Source of the DNA: an uncultured Gammaproteobacteria bacterium
GTDB taxonomy: Bacteria > Patescibacteriota > Microgenomatia > UBA10105 > UBA927
DNA: 64,000 nucleotides
Reading direction: 5' to 3'
Assembly: GCA_964449585.1 (NCBI GenBank)
Contig: CAYUZE010000005.1
Span: 46,596-110,595, forward strand
Part shown: positions 28,562-39,084 of the stretch, in pieces
Layout of the letters: each line of letters begins with the position of its first letter
How positions within the stretch are numbered: position 1 is the first letter of the stretch
The notes under the pieces: generated by a model
Seen by the model: only the letters and a program-made list of their open reading frames with translations
Databases searched by the model: none
Told to the model about the DNA's origin: nothing
Position numbers and translations under genes: made by a program

Positions 28562-29035
28562 TTACGAGAGGATAATGAGGAAAAAGAGCACGGTTGCAAC
28601 CTGCGTGATGACGCCGAGCGGAAACTGCGCTTTTGAGTGAAAAATGTTCGGCAATTTATAAAATGCATAGGCGATTTTCTCCGCAACGCCGGCATTGTGT
28701 CCCGGCTCATGTTTTTTCGCATGAGCAAAGAAAATATACCAGGGAGTTTCCAGCCAATCGGGAAGCAGGCCGAATATGACGGTAGCCAGCCATAGGCCGA
28801 AGGGGAGGTGCCGACCGAAAAAGACGTACGACAGGATAAACCCGACCGTTGTCTCGACGATCGCTAATATTCCCGTGAGCTTTTTCGGGCGGTTCCGCCA
28901 ATTGGTACCGAAATCCCAATGGGGGATGCTATCCATCACGTAATGGGAGGTGAGCGCGAGCAAACTTGCCGTAACGGGATCGGAAAAACGCGCGGCGAGC
29001 GCACCCGAAACAAGTGCATGTGCGGTTGCAGTCAT
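28562..29035 (-). CDS. Membrane protein, possible membrane-bound metal-dependent hydrolase (YdjM/DUF457-like)
   Basis: Polytopic; His-rich motifs (TSHYVMDSIPHW); start set at the internal Met to avoid overlap with the divergent MFS gene. Confidence 0.35.
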   Translation of the reverse strand: MTATAHALVSGALAARFSDPVTASLLALTSHYVMDSIPHWDFGTNWRNRPKKLTGILAIVETTVGFILSYVFFGRHLPFGLWLATVIFGLLPDWLETPWYIFFAHAKKHEPGHNAGVAEKIAYAFYKLPNIFHSKAQFPLGVITQVATVLFFLIILS

Positions 29036-29086
29036 GTTCTCATTGTATGATAAGATTGAGTTTGTTGCAAAAGGTCCTCGATTGAT

Positions 29087-30391
29087 ATGAAAGTATCCCA
29101 TATTACAAAAAAGATGGATCCGGTGCTCGATGTCTTGCGTACCAGGCTGTTTCGCCACTTGTGGGTGGGACAAATCGCCACGCAGCTTGCAAGCAACATG
29201 CTTATTTTTCTTCTGGCGCTTATTATTTACCGCTTAACGGGGAGTAATGTGGCGGTGTCCGGTCTGTTTCTGGCATACGGCTTTCCTTCGTTGCTCTTCG
29301 GCGTTATGGCCGGCACTATCGTGGATAGGCTTGATAGAAGAGCCGTTCTTATTATTGCCCATTTTACCCGCGCACTGTTAACCCTTGCCGTCTTACTTTC
29401 CGGCGACCGAATATCGGCAATTTATCTTCTGATATTCACCTACGCGATTATCAATCAGCTGACCACCCCCGCCGAGGTTCCGCTTATTCCGCAGTTTGTT
29501 CCCAAATCGCATCTTGTATCCGCGAATAGTTTGTTTTCATTTACGTTTTACGGAAGTATGGCAATCGGTCTTATTGCCGCGGGACCCGTGCTTCGTTTTT
29601 TCGGGAAAGACGGTGCGTATAGTCTGATTTTCATCCTCTATCTTATCGGTACCATTGCGGTAATAGGAATCCCGCCGCAAGGGGAAGGGATTAAATCGCT
29701 GCGAAACGTGTTGCGCTATGATTTTTTCTATATCGTAAAGCGGTTTCTCATCAACATGCAGATGGGAATTACCTATGTGGCAAAATCCCCGGTGCTTCGC
29801 GAATCGGTCGTGTTACTCACCGGCACTCAGGTAATGATTGCCCTCCTGGGAACGCTCGGTCCCGGGTTTGCGGATAAGGTGCTTCGCATCGATATTCGCG
29901 ATGCATCACTGCTCATCGTCGGTCCCACGATTTTGGGAATATTAACCGGTGCGTTGTGGGTGGGGAATAGAGGCTATCGGTATCCGCAGTCGCGGCTTGT
30001 CAACGTGGGTGTTACCGCGGCGGGAGTTATTCTTGTCGTTACGTCAGCCGTTTTTGCCGCAACCAATACGCTGTGGTTTTCCCTGGTACCGAGAACACTC
30101 GTGAACGGGTTGGCGCTCGGCCTTTTTTACCTTTTGGGCGTCGCCAATAGCTTATTGGACGTTCCTTCAAATACCATGCTGCAGAAAGAAGCGGAAGGCG
30201 ACATGCGCGGAAGAGTCTACGGCATTCTTTCGGCTTCCATCGGAGGGGCGGGTATTCTGCCCATTGTCGTGAGCGGATTATTGGCCGACCTTATCGGTGT
30301 CGGTACGGTGATATTTATCCTGGGGTGCATCGTGTTATGCTACGGGATAGTGCGTGCAACACGCAGCAAAACGGTAATCGGAGTACAATAA
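29087..30391 (+). CDS. MFS transporter
   Basis: 12 predicted TM helices, MFS-like loop motifs (GxxxDRxGRR-like: TIVDRLDRRA). Confidence 0.7.
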   Translation: MKVSHITKKMDPVLDVLRTRLFRHLWVGQIATQLASNMLIFLLALIIYRLTGSNVAVSGLFLAYGFPSLLFGVMAGTIVDRLDRRAVLIIAHFTRALLTLAVLLSGDRISAIYLLIFTYAIINQLTTPAEVPLIPQFVPKSHLVSANSLFSFTFYGSMAIGLIAAGPVLRFFGKDGAYSLIFILYLIGTIAVIGIPPQGEGIKSLRNVLRYDFFYIVKRFLINMQMGITYVAKSPVLRESVVLLTGTQVMIALLGTLGPGFADKVLRIDIRDASLLIVGPTILGILTGALWVGNRGYRYPQSRLVNVGVTAAGVILVVTSAVFAATNTLWFSLVPRTLVNGLALGLFYLLGVANSLLDVPSNTMLQKEAEGDMRGRVYGILSASIGGAGILPIVVSGLLADLIGVGTVIFILGCIVLCYGIVRATRSKTVIGVQ

Positions 30392-30395
30392 TGCT

Positions 30396-31241
30396 ATGAT
30401 CCCGACGATTTTTTCCCTCCCGCACGGCAGCTTCATCGTCATCAACAGTTTTGCCGTGGTGGGATGGCTGGTGTTTTCATTTCTATTCTGGCGAAGTCTC
30501 CGTCGTTTTGCCGTCGATGAAGATCGGGTTTTTGATCTTACCTTCTTTGCCACAATTGTCGCGATTATCTTTGCGCGCATCGGCTATGTGATGGCGCATA
30601 CCGAACTGTTTGCGGGAAAGTCATTGCTGCTTGTTGCCGCCATTTGGGTGGCTCCGGGGTTTTCGTGGCTTTCCGGGTTTATCGGAGGGGTTGCGACGCT
30701 CGTGATGCTCAGCAGGCAGTACAAGGTTCGTTTGGGTTTGGTGCTTGATGCGCTTGCCGTTTCATTGCCGCTCCCCATTATTATCGGAAAAGCGGGATCA
30801 TTGTTAACCGGCATTGAATCGGGAAAGGTTTTTGCCGCTCCCTGGTTAGGGGGGATATTCAACGGAGTGCATTCTTTTCGGCATCCCGTACCGCTGTATG
30901 AAATGCTGTCCCTCCTGCTTATAAGCGTGTTGTGTCTGCGTTTGACGATGCGATCGAATAAAGAAAAATGGCCGTACGGATTAGTGGGTCTTTGGTTCTT
31001 TTTTTGGTACGCGATAACGGGATTCGTGCTTGAATTTGCCAAAGAAAGTCATGTATACTGGGGAAGTCTCACCGCCAATCAATGGATGTTGATTGGCATT
31101 TTTGCTGAATGCGTCGGGGTGCTCTACGTCCGGGGCGGGGGAAGGGAACGTTTCCGGCCGATATTCTATAAATTTGTGAAATTTTTTGAAGAGAAAGGAA
31201 AGAAAATCCATGAATCAATTTCCACAAGACACGCTCACTGA
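30396..31241 (+). CDS. lgt: Prolipoprotein diacylglyceryl transferase
   Basis: FARIGYVMAH resembles the Lgt signature GxRLGYVLFY; polytopic with conserved HPVPLYE region. Confidence 0.6.
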   Translation: MIPTIFSLPHGSFIVINSFAVVGWLVFSFLFWRSLRRFAVDEDRVFDLTFFATIVAIIFARIGYVMAHTELFAGKSLLLVAAIWVAPGFSWLSGFIGGVATLVMLSRQYKVRLGLVLDALAVSLPLPIIIGKAGSLLTGIESGKVFAAPWLGGIFNGVHSFRHPVPLYEMLSLLLISVLCLRLTMRSNKEKWPYGLVGLWFFFWYAITGFVLEFAKESHVYWGSLTANQWMLIGIFAECVGVLYVRGGGRERFRPIFYKFVKFFEEKGKKIHESISTRHAH

Positions 31242-31572
31242 AATAAAAACTCACCTTGAGGAAGAGCAGGCGAGACTTGCTACCCGCATCGCGGAACTGT
31301 CCGGTCAAGACCCGTTTTCCGATCCGGGAAGAACAACGGATAACGCCGCATCCGATACCGAAGCAAGCGAAGAAAGCGATCATGATAGGGTTTCCGCGCT
31401 GGTGACCGAACTCAAAAAACGGCAAGATGAGGTGGAAAACGCGCTTGCCAAGATAGCGGACGGCACCTACGGTTTCTGCGTTGAATGCGGCAATATGATC
31501 GATACGGATCGATTGGCGATTCATCCGACCGCTACCATGTGCCTTACTTGTGAATCCAAAAAGAAGAAGTGA
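31210..31572 (+). CDS. DksA/TraR-family C4 zinc-finger protein
   Basis: Coiled-coil N-region and C-terminal CxxC-N17-CxxC zinc finger (CVECG...CLTCES). Confidence 0.65.
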   Translation: MNQFPQDTLTEIKTHLEEEQARLATRIAELSGQDPFSDPGRTTDNAASDTEASEESDHDRVSALVTELKKRQDEVENALAKIADGTYGFCVECGNMIDTDRLAIHPTATMCLTCESKKKK

Positions 31573-32276
31573 ACATTCCTATTCTCTACGAAGACGACGC
31601 GTTGCTGGTAATAAACAAACCCCCGGGTATTGTGGTCAATAACGCGCAATCCGTCGAGGGAGAAACCGTGCAGGATTGGGCGCATGCCCATTTAGGGCTT
31701 CCGGAACAGAGCACCCCCGTAGTTCCCGGCGACGACTTTCTTTCCCGCGCGGGCATCGTGCATCGGATCGATAAGGAAACATCGGGCTGTCTCGTTATCG
31801 CCAAAAACCCGGAGTCGTTTAGCGCGCTGCAATCGCAGTTTAAAGAACGAACCATCAAGAAAATATATCGTGCCGTGGCGCACGGGAAACTGCTTCCCGA
31901 AGCAGGGGAAATACGGGCTCCCGTCGGCAGATTGCCGTGGAATAGAGAACGCTTCGGGATCCTTCCCGGGGGAAAAGACGCGGTGACCCGTTATCGCGTG
32001 CTCCGATCCGGAACTTCGCATAACACCGTCGTTTCTCTGGTGGAGCTGTATCCCGAAACCGGAAGAACGCATCAAATTCGGGTGCACCTGAAGTACATTA
32101 ACCATCCGATTGTCGGTGACTGGCAATATGCGGGACGAAAGACCGCGCGAAACGATCGGGTGTGGGCGCCGCGCGTCATGCTGCATGCTTTTGCCATAAC
32201 GCTTACCCACCCTGTAACCGGGGCTTCCCTTGCAATTGAAGCCGAGGTACCGGATGATATGAAGAGTATCATCTAG
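31569..32276 (+). CDS. RluA-family pseudouridine synthase
   Basis: Catalytic motif HRIDKETSGCLVIAKN and RTHQIRVHL. Confidence 0.8.
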   Translation: MNIPILYEDDALLVINKPPGIVVNNAQSVEGETVQDWAHAHLGLPEQSTPVVPGDDFLSRAGIVHRIDKETSGCLVIAKNPESFSALQSQFKERTIKKIYRAVAHGKLLPEAGEIRAPVGRLPWNRERFGILPGGKDAVTRYRVLRSGTSHNTVVSLVELYPETGRTHQIRVHLKYINHPIVGDWQYAGRKTARNDRVWAPRVMLHAFAITLTHPVTGASLAIEAEVPDDMKSII

Positions 32277-32279
32277 GAC

Positions 32280-34001
32280 ATGGAACACTCATTGTCGCTG
32301 GTCACCACTTTTTTATTGCTCCTTGCCGCCGCGTTAGGCGGAGGGGTGATTGCGATGCGCCTGAAACTCCCTTCCATTGTGGGCTATATCGCGGGTGGCA
32401 TATTGGTCGGGAATACGCTGAGCGCCTCCTTTGATCACAAGCTTATTAGTACTATTTCGGAAGCCGGTGTCACTCTGTTGCTCTTTACGTTGGGAGTGGA
32501 GTTTTCCTTTCATAAACTTAAACGCATCCTCCATCTTGTTTCCTGGCCGGCAATCGGACAGATCATCATTACGTTATTTGTCGTGCTGTTACTCTTGTTT
32601 GCCCTTAACGTTTCGTTTGTGCCCGCGCTGTTTCTTGCGAGTGCGGCGGCGCTTTCCTCAACCGCTATCGTGGTGAAACTGCTGTCTGAGCGGGGAGAGC
32701 TTGATTCCGTTCCGGGAGAGTTATCAACGGGCTGGCTCGTTATCCAGGATCTTGCGGTAGTGCCGCTCCTGATCCTTCTTACCGCCATATCGACCGTGAC
32801 AACGGGCGAAGGGAGTATTTTTTCGATCATCGGTACGATCGCCCTTGCCATGCTCAAAGCGGGTATCGTGATTGCCCTCGTGTTATACCTCGGGAGTCGC
32901 GGGGTACCCAAATTGCTCGGTGCGGTTGCCGGTTTTCGCAACCGGGAACTGTTTTTACTTACGACGATCGGCATCGTATTTTTCGTGGGGTTGTTAACGT
33001 ATGTTGCCGGCTTATCCGTGTCTCTCGGCGCGTTTTTGGCGGGGTTACTGGTTGCGGAAACCAGTCAAAATCACGCCGTATTTTCCGAAATTCGTCCGCT
33101 TCGTGATCTCTTCGCGGTAGTATTTTTTGTTTCGTTGGGGATGTCGCTCCCGGTAAGTGCGCTCGTTTCCTCATTGCCGGTTCTTGCGGCGATGACGATT
33201 GCCATCGTGCTCGTCAAAGGCGGGAGCATCTATGCGTTGCTTCGTTTCTTGGGGTACCATCGGAAATCGGCGTTCCTCGTAGGAATATATTTAACGCAGG
33301 TAAGTGAATTCGGATTCGTCATTGCGGGAACGGGCGTTGCCATGGGAGCGCTTTCGGAAGCGCAGTCCTCTCTCCTTGTGGCCGTAACCTTTGTTACGAT
33401 TCTGCTTTCCAGCCCCATGATAAGTCGCGGGCATGAGCTGTATTACTCGTTCGCACGTCTGATGAAGCGATTCCCCAAATTCTTTCGGGAAAATGCCGAC
33501 GACGCGATGCTGTCGAAAGAAGGCTACCCGATCAGCGATCACGTGGTACTTCTCGGGTACGGCAGAGTGGGAAAGTATATCGGTCGAGCGCTTGCGATGA
33601 GCGGCATCCCATTCCTCGTCGTTGATTATAATCAGCATGTGCTATCAGACCTCAAAAACTCAGGAATCCAAACGGTCTACGGCGATCCTGCGGACAAAGA
33701 AGTGTTGGATTACGCACAGGTTGATCTGGCAAAGGCAATCGTTATCGCCATTCCTGATAGGCATACCCAGGAGATGGTGATCGCAAATGCCTTATCGCTG
33801 AATCGAAAAGTTAAAATTATCTGCAGAACCCACCATGAAGCGGATCAGCGTCATTTGAAATCACTGGGAGTGCAGACGCTTATCCAGCCCGAGTTTGAAG
33901 GAGCGCTTACCATCGTGGCGAAATTATTCGGAGACTTCGGTATTTCGGATGAAGAATCCGCAGGTAAGATTGCGCGTCTGAAAATTGAGCACGGCATGTA
34001 A
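32280..34001 (+). CDS. Monovalent cation:proton antiporter (CPA2/Kef-type) with C-terminal TrkA-N (RCK) domain
   Basis: Na+/H+ exchanger-like TM core plus Rossmann motif LLGYGRVG in the C-terminal domain. Confidence 0.75.
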   Translation: MEHSLSLVTTFLLLLAAALGGGVIAMRLKLPSIVGYIAGGILVGNTLSASFDHKLISTISEAGVTLLLFTLGVEFSFHKLKRILHLVSWPAIGQIIITLFVVLLLLFALNVSFVPALFLASAAALSSTAIVVKLLSERGELDSVPGELSTGWLVIQDLAVVPLLILLTAISTVTTGEGSIFSIIGTIALAMLKAGIVIALVLYLGSRGVPKLLGAVAGFRNRELFLLTTIGIVFFVGLLTYVAGLSVSLGAFLAGLLVAETSQNHAVFSEIRPLRDLFAVVFFVSLGMSLPVSALVSSLPVLAAMTIAIVLVKGGSIYALLRFLGYHRKSAFLVGIYLTQVSEFGFVIAGTGVAMGALSEAQSSLLVAVTFVTILLSSPMISRGHELYYSFARLMKRFPKFFRENADDAMLSKEGYPISDHVVLLGYGRVGKYIGRALAMSGIPFLVVDYNQHVLSDLKNSGIQTVYGDPADKEVLDYAQVDLAKAIVIAIPDRHTQEMVIANALSLNRKVKIICRTHHEADQRHLKSLGVQTLIQPEFEGALTIVAKLFGDFGISDEESAGKIARLKIEHGM

Positions 34002-34043
34002 TAGGCCTGACGGTAGTTCGCTTCTTCTGGTACAATCTGTTTC

Positions 34044-35228
34044 ATGGGTTTTGACTTTCGCATCACAAAAAAAGACTCGGCGACGCATGCCCGTTGCGGG
34101 ATTATCACGACACCGCACGGAGTGATCCGAACCCCCGCATTCGTTCCGGTCGGTACGCAGGCAACCGTCAAGTCCCTAAGTCCCGACGAGCTTGACATGT
34201 TGGGCGTCCAACTGTTCTTTGTGAATACCTATCATGCATATCTTCGTCCGGGACTTTCCGTTATCAATAAATTCGGTGGTCTGCACAAGTTTATGGGATG
34301 GGCGGGCCCCCTTATTACCGACAGCGGGGGATTTCAGGTATTTTCGCTTGCGCGCCCCAAATACCAACCGACGGATAACGAAGAGCGGCTGCCGTCGCTT
34401 GTGAAGATAAGTGAGGATGGGGTGGAGTTTCGCTCGCATTGGGACGGATCCAAACATCACTTCACGGCGGAATCCTCCATGCGGTGGCAATGGGAACTCG
34501 GCAGCGACATCCATATTGCGTTTGACGACTGCACCGCCTATCCGGCAACCTATGAAACGGCTAAAAAATCGATGGAACGCACGCACCGTTGGGCAGTGCG
34601 CAGTGTTGCCGCACACAAACTTTTGGCAAAGCGGTACGCAAAGAAAGGGAAGCCCTACCAGGCACTGTACGGCGTCATCCAGGGCAGTATCTATAAGGAT
34701 CTCCGGGAAGCATCGGCACAATTTATCAAAACCCTTCCCACCGACGGCATTGCTATAGGCGGCGTTTCGGTCGGGGAGACCAAACAGGAAATGAAAAACG
34801 TGCTTTCCTACGTGTGGCCGCACCTGCCGGAGGAAAAACCCCGGCATCTGTTGGGAGTGGGGGAAATTGATGACATATTTACGCTGGTTTCTTACGGCAT
34901 GGATACCTTTGACTGTGTGCAGCCGACGCGGCTTGCCCGCATGGGGAGGCTCAGCGTGCGAAAAGCGAAGGGGCATGAAATCGATATAACGAAAAAACTA
35001 TGGGAAAAAGATATTCGTCCGATAGAGGAAGACTGCACCTGTTACACGTGTGCCAATTTTTCGCGGGCATACCTGCATCACCTGTTTCGGGTACGTGAGC
35101 TTCTGGCATATCGTTTGGCGACGATCCATAATTTGCATTTTATCCACACGCTTGTTGCCGATCTACGAACCGCAATTGCCGAAGGGACATTGCTTGAAAT
35201 GAAAAAAAGCTGGGGCTACAATAGATAA
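34044..35228 (+). CDS. tgt: Queuine tRNA-ribosyltransferase
   Basis: Conserved TGT motifs (FVPVGTQATVK, DCVQPTR) and Zn site CTCYTCANFSRAYLHHL. Confidence 0.9.
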   Translation: MGFDFRITKKDSATHARCGIITTPHGVIRTPAFVPVGTQATVKSLSPDELDMLGVQLFFVNTYHAYLRPGLSVINKFGGLHKFMGWAGPLITDSGGFQVFSLARPKYQPTDNEERLPSLVKISEDGVEFRSHWDGSKHHFTAESSMRWQWELGSDIHIAFDDCTAYPATYETAKKSMERTHRWAVRSVAAHKLLAKRYAKKGKPYQALYGVIQGSIYKDLREASAQFIKTLPTDGIAIGGVSVGETKQEMKNVLSYVWPHLPEEKPRHLLGVGEIDDIFTLVSYGMDTFDCVQPTRLARMGRLSVRKAKGHEIDITKKLWEKDIRPIEEDCTCYTCANFSRAYLHHLFRVRELLAYRLATIHNLHFIHTLVADLRTAIAEGTLLEMKKSWGYNR

Positions 35229-35250
35229 ATATCTTAAGGAGGATATAGTT

Positions 35251-35397
35251 ATGGGTTCATTCGGCGGTTTTTACAAAGGGGATAAGAAGAAAGCAAAGAA
35301 AAAAGATCTTGAAAAGAAAGCGCAAAAGCAGCTTTCCGGCAGTGCGTGGCAACTCCCGCAGGTGGAGATTATCAAAAAAGGCAAAAAAGAATGGTAA
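35251..35397 (+). CDS. Small Lys-rich protein (48 aa) with strong Shine-Dalgarno
   Basis: AAGGAGG 8 nt upstream of the ATG; ORF MGSFGGFYKGDKKKAKKKDLEKKAQKQLSGSAWQLPQVEIIKKGKKEW; stop overlaps the start of the downstream gene; below the ORF-track length cutoff. Confidence 0.4.
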   Translation: MGSFGGFYKGDKKKAKKKDLEKKAQKQLSGSAWQLPQVEIIKKGKKEW

Positions 35398-36350
35398 CGA
35401 AGGAGCACGCAAGCGCCAAGCGCCGTACCCGGCGCATCCTTACGCATGTCCTGCCGCTGATTGCACTGGGTTGTATCGTTGCGGTGTTTTTGTTTTTTGT
35501 TCGATCGGCACTTTCTCCGGCACCCTTTCGTGAAGCGATTGTGATTGCCAGCAACCCCGTGCATATCATTTCTTTTGACACCCGGGCAAAAAAAATAACC
35601 GCGCTTGATCTTTCGTCGGACACCGTCATTCCGGGAGCACTCGGCTACGGCAAATATGCCGTACGCGCCATCGTCTCATTGGATGAAATCGATCACCGGA
35701 ACGGTACCCTTATCACCGGTAGCATCGGTAATGCGATCGGATTGCCGATTGCGGGCTATGTGCGGATGGGGAATAGCGCTGACGAACCGCTCACCGCGGC
35801 ACTTTTGACCCGACTCTTTTCTATTGGAAGCATCCGGCAATATATGGCGGGTGAAATCAAAGGATCGGTACCGTTTCTTTCCTGGGTACGATTTGTGTTC
35901 TTAATGCATTCGCTGCCGGCGGACGGAATAAAAATTATCGATACCACCGCAATGACGAATAACCTCCCGTCTCCCGACGGGGGAACGTATCCGGAGTTGG
36001 ATGAAAGTCGGGTGGATTATATCGTCGATACCGCGTTTGTTGACGGCGGCATCCGAACCGAAGCCCTTTCGGTGGCTATTTATAATACGACAACGATCCC
36101 TGCGATCGGTACCCGTGTTTCACGACAACTGGCAAAAGTGGGAATGCAGATGGTGTTTGTCGGCAATCAGGAGGGAGACATTCCGCACTGCGTCGTTGCA
36201 AGTCCGGAAGAATATCTTCGTTCCAAAACGGTGTTGTTTATTACCCAAGCGTACGGGTGTACCGGCAAGATTGCACAAGAGGAAGGGAAAGATATCGGTG
36301 CGGATATCGTGATACTTCTTGGGAAAGGCGTTGCGGAACGGTTCAAATGA
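35391..36350 (+). CDS. Membrane-anchored hypothetical protein
   Basis: Basic N-terminus, single TM helix, large extracytoplasmic domain; no motif recognised. Confidence 0.35.
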   Translation: MVTKEHASAKRRTRRILTHVLPLIALGCIVAVFLFFVRSALSPAPFREAIVIASNPVHIISFDTRAKKITALDLSSDTVIPGALGYGKYAVRAIVSLDEIDHRNGTLITGSIGNAIGLPIAGYVRMGNSADEPLTAALLTRLFSIGSIRQYMAGEIKGSVPFLSWVRFVFLMHSLPADGIKIIDTTAMTNNLPSPDGGTYPELDESRVDYIVDTAFVDGGIRTEALSVAIYNTTTIPAIGTRVSRQLAKVGMQMVFVGNQEGDIPHCVVASPEEYLRSKTVLFITQAYGCTGKIAQEEGKDIGADIVILLGKGVAERFK

Positions 36351-36365
36351 CGCCGCTACGAGGTG

Positions 36366-37073
36366 TTACTCATCACCATCGGAATCTTTGGTCTCGCCGT
36401 CCGTATCATTCGCTTCGTCACCGTGTTCGCTCCGGGAGAAGGGGACATACAGCGCCGTTGTTGAAAATGACGGCTGATTGGCAAATCGCTTGCCGCGACC
36501 TGTTTCCCTGATGAACAGCGTCAGCGTGTTTTTTCCGACGGATTTCACCAGCGCCTGATAGGTATTGCCGACCCCTAAAAATTTGATGAGCCGAAACGAC
36601 AAATCATCGGGTAATGCCGCAAGATACGTGCCTTGATCGTTTCGCGCTTCCACCACGTGATTTTTAGCCTTAAGCTCAATTTCTTCGCCAGGGGATACGG
36701 TCATAAGTACTTGAAGCGGTGCGGTATTGACGCATTCCACAATTTTCGTTTTCCCCGGTTCTTCAAGAAACGACATGGGCGTAACGAATGATTTTTTGGT
36801 TTTTACGAGGTCTTTCTGGCGGACGACACCGAGTTTCTTGAGGTTTTTTGCGGCGATCTGGTTATACGTATCAAGTTTTGTTACTTTAAGAAATGTTTTT
36901 TTGGCTTCCGCAATCTCACCGCACTGAAGATACGCAAAGCCGAGACGGTTAAGATAACTGATGTTATTTTTGTTCGTTTTGAGAAGACCAAGATTGATGC
37001 GGATCGCCTCTTTCCAATCCTGGGCAAGCGCGGCCGCAATGGCTGAAGCGTCGGAAATTGTCGAGTCGCTCAT
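36366..37073 (-). CDS. TPR-like repeat protein, hypothetical
   Basis: Helical repeat region (YLNRLGFAYLQCGEIAEAKKTFLKVTKLD) and acidic C-terminus. Confidence 0.35.
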   Translation of the reverse strand: MSDSTISDASAIAAALAQDWKEAIRINLGLLKTNKNNISYLNRLGFAYLQCGEIAEAKKTFLKVTKLDTYNQIAAKNLKKLGVVRQKDLVKTKKSFVTPMSFLEEPGKTKIVECVNTAPLQVLMTVSPGEEIELKAKNHVVEARNDQGTYLAALPDDLSFRLIKFLGVGNTYQALVKSVGKNTLTLFIRETGRGKRFANQPSFSTTALYVPFSRSEHGDEANDTDGETKDSDGDE

Positions 37074-37138
37074 GGTGGACAAGAGTATCAGAGTGCCGTA
37101 AGATATGTCAATACAGAACATGCCCCGGACGCACAGGT

Positions 37139-37858
37139 ATGAGCGGACATTCCAAATGGAGTAAGGTCAAACATCAGAAGGCAACGACGGATGCCGTCAA
37201 AAGCAGGGCGTTTACGAAAGCCTCCCGTGCGATCACCGTCGCCGTCCGTGAAGGCGGGGGCATTGCCGACCCGGATAAAAATTTTCATTTACGATTGGCG
37301 ATCGAACTTGCCCGCTCGGTAAACATGCCGAAAGACACCATTGAACGTGCAATAGAAAAGGGAGTCGGCGGCGGGGGAGCAGCATTGGAAAATTTGGTCT
37401 ATGAAGGATACGGTCCCGGAGGGGTGGCGTATGTGGTGGAGGCGACTACCGATAATCATCAGCGAACGGGTTCGGAGGTGAAGCATCAATTTGACCGGTT
37501 CGGCGGAACGCTTGCAACTCCCGGTGCGGTACTGTACCAGTTTCAAAAAAGCGGGGTTCTGCTCATCGCAAAAGCGGGTAATACGTTTGATTCGTTGCTC
37601 GATCGGGTGATTGCCGCAGGTGCCGATGATCTTGTCGAACAGGAAGACGTCTTCGAGGTATATACGGCAAGTACCATGCTTGATAAGGTTAAGAAACAAT
37701 TGGAGTCGGAAGGGAGTATCATTGAGTCGGCGGAGTTTATTATGCGGTCGACGATGCAGGTTGCGGTGAGTGACGCCATACGGGAGAAAAATGAAGCGCT
37801 TACGGAAGCGCTTGAATCGCTCGAAGACGTCCAGCATATCTATACAACCATGGAGTAA
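37139..37858 (+). CDS. yebC: YebC/PmpR-family transcriptional regulator
   Basis: MSGHSKWSKVKHQKA N-terminal signature. Confidence 0.85.
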   Translation: MSGHSKWSKVKHQKATTDAVKSRAFTKASRAITVAVREGGGIADPDKNFHLRLAIELARSVNMPKDTIERAIEKGVGGGGAALENLVYEGYGPGGVAYVVEATTDNHQRTGSEVKHQFDRFGGTLATPGAVLYQFQKSGVLLIAKAGNTFDSLLDRVIAAGADDLVEQEDVFEVYTASTMLDKVKKQLESEGSIIESAEFIMRSTMQVAVSDAIREKNEALTEALESLEDVQHIYTTME

Positions 37859-37860
37859 TC

Positions 37861-38709
37861 ATGAAACGGTTTATCACCTCCATCAGCGAAACGATCATGA
37901 AACGCTATAAGCGGTGGGAGCGTACCCAACCGTTCAGCAAGCGGCAACAGTTTGTCGGCATTACGGGTATTTTGACGATTCTTCTGATGTTGACACAGCT
38001 TATGCCGTTGGATTTCCGTTATCCCATGGTCGGGGCACTGTTTGTCATCAGCTATCTGCTTTGCGCGTTTGCGCTCCGTGATGATCTGCGAGGAGCAGAG
38101 TGGGGAACACTCCTGATCCTCCCTTCGTTTTTCACCGCAGCGGTGGCGGTGTTTTACTTTCTCCTTCCCACTCGCTGGTTGACCCGGCTACCCATTGCCG
38201 TATTGTATGCGGTGGGTATGTATGCGTTGCTTCTCACGGAAAACATTTATAATGTCGCTGCGGCAAGGACAATCGCCCTACTGCGGGCGGCACACTCGGT
38301 CGGCTTCCTTCTTACACTGGCGACGTATTTTCTTTTGGTGCAAACGGTACTTGCGTATCGGTTTTATGGATGGGTAAATGCGCCGCTTATCGGACTGGTT
38401 ACGTATCCGTTGACGCTGCAAATTCTTTGGGCGATAAATCTGGAGCCTGCGGTGGGGAAGAGGGTACGGGAACTTACCCGTATTATCACCCTTGTTCTGT
38501 TTGAACTTGCCTGGATATGTTCATTGCTTCCCGTACGGACGACATTACTGGCGCTTTTCTTGACGGCCTGTTTTTACGGGCTGGCGGGGATGGGGCAACA
38601 GTATTTGGCGGATCGGCTCTATAAGCGCACCGTGTGGGAGTTCTTCGGGGTGGTCGCCATAGTCGGTCTTATTTTGCTTGTCACGTTAAATTGGCGGACC
38701 GCGGTATAA
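37861..38709 (+). CDS. Polytopic membrane protein, hypothetical
   Basis: 282 aa, about 7 hydrophobic segments. Confidence 0.4.
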   Translation: MKRFITSISETIMKRYKRWERTQPFSKRQQFVGITGILTILLMLTQLMPLDFRYPMVGALFVISYLLCAFALRDDLRGAEWGTLLILPSFFTAAVAVFYFLLPTRWLTRLPIAVLYAVGMYALLLTENIYNVAAARTIALLRAAHSVGFLLTLATYFLLVQTVLAYRFYGWVNAPLIGLVTYPLTLQILWAINLEPAVGKRVRELTRIITLVLFELAWICSLLPVRTTLLALFLTACFYGLAGMGQQYLADRLYKRTVWEFFGVVAIVGLILLVTLNWRTAV

Positions 38710-38766
38710 ATGCGCAACGTTTGGATTATTTCTTCGGTACCGTCGTTACCTCATTGGCACAAAGGT

Positions 38767-38819
38767 GGGAGAGTGGGAGAGTGATATAGTCTGATATAGT
38801 TGATATAGTTTGATATGGG
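38767..38819. repeat. Iteron-like tandem repeats: GGGAGAGT x2 then GATATAGT x3 plus GATATGGG at 9-10-nt periodicity
   Basis: Read directly from the sequence: gggagagtgggagagtgatatagtctgatatagttgatatagtttgatatggg. Confidence 0.7.
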
Positions 38820-39084
38820 TAGGGAAAACTATAGGGTACAATGTGGATAATTAATTTCACGGGGTATACGCACTGTTTTCACGATGCCCTGATAGCCTCG
38901 ATTTAGCCTCAACAGAATGGAAAACTATAGGGTAGAGCTGTGCCATTCTGTTCCGGGGAATGCCAGGCATATCGTGTGCTCCCTTCCTCTCCCTTGAGTA
39001 CACAAAGTGTGCGATAAAACATCGATTTGGATTGTTGTGACGCTCTAAATGCGACTATCTACCGCGTTACCGGAGGAGCGAAAG

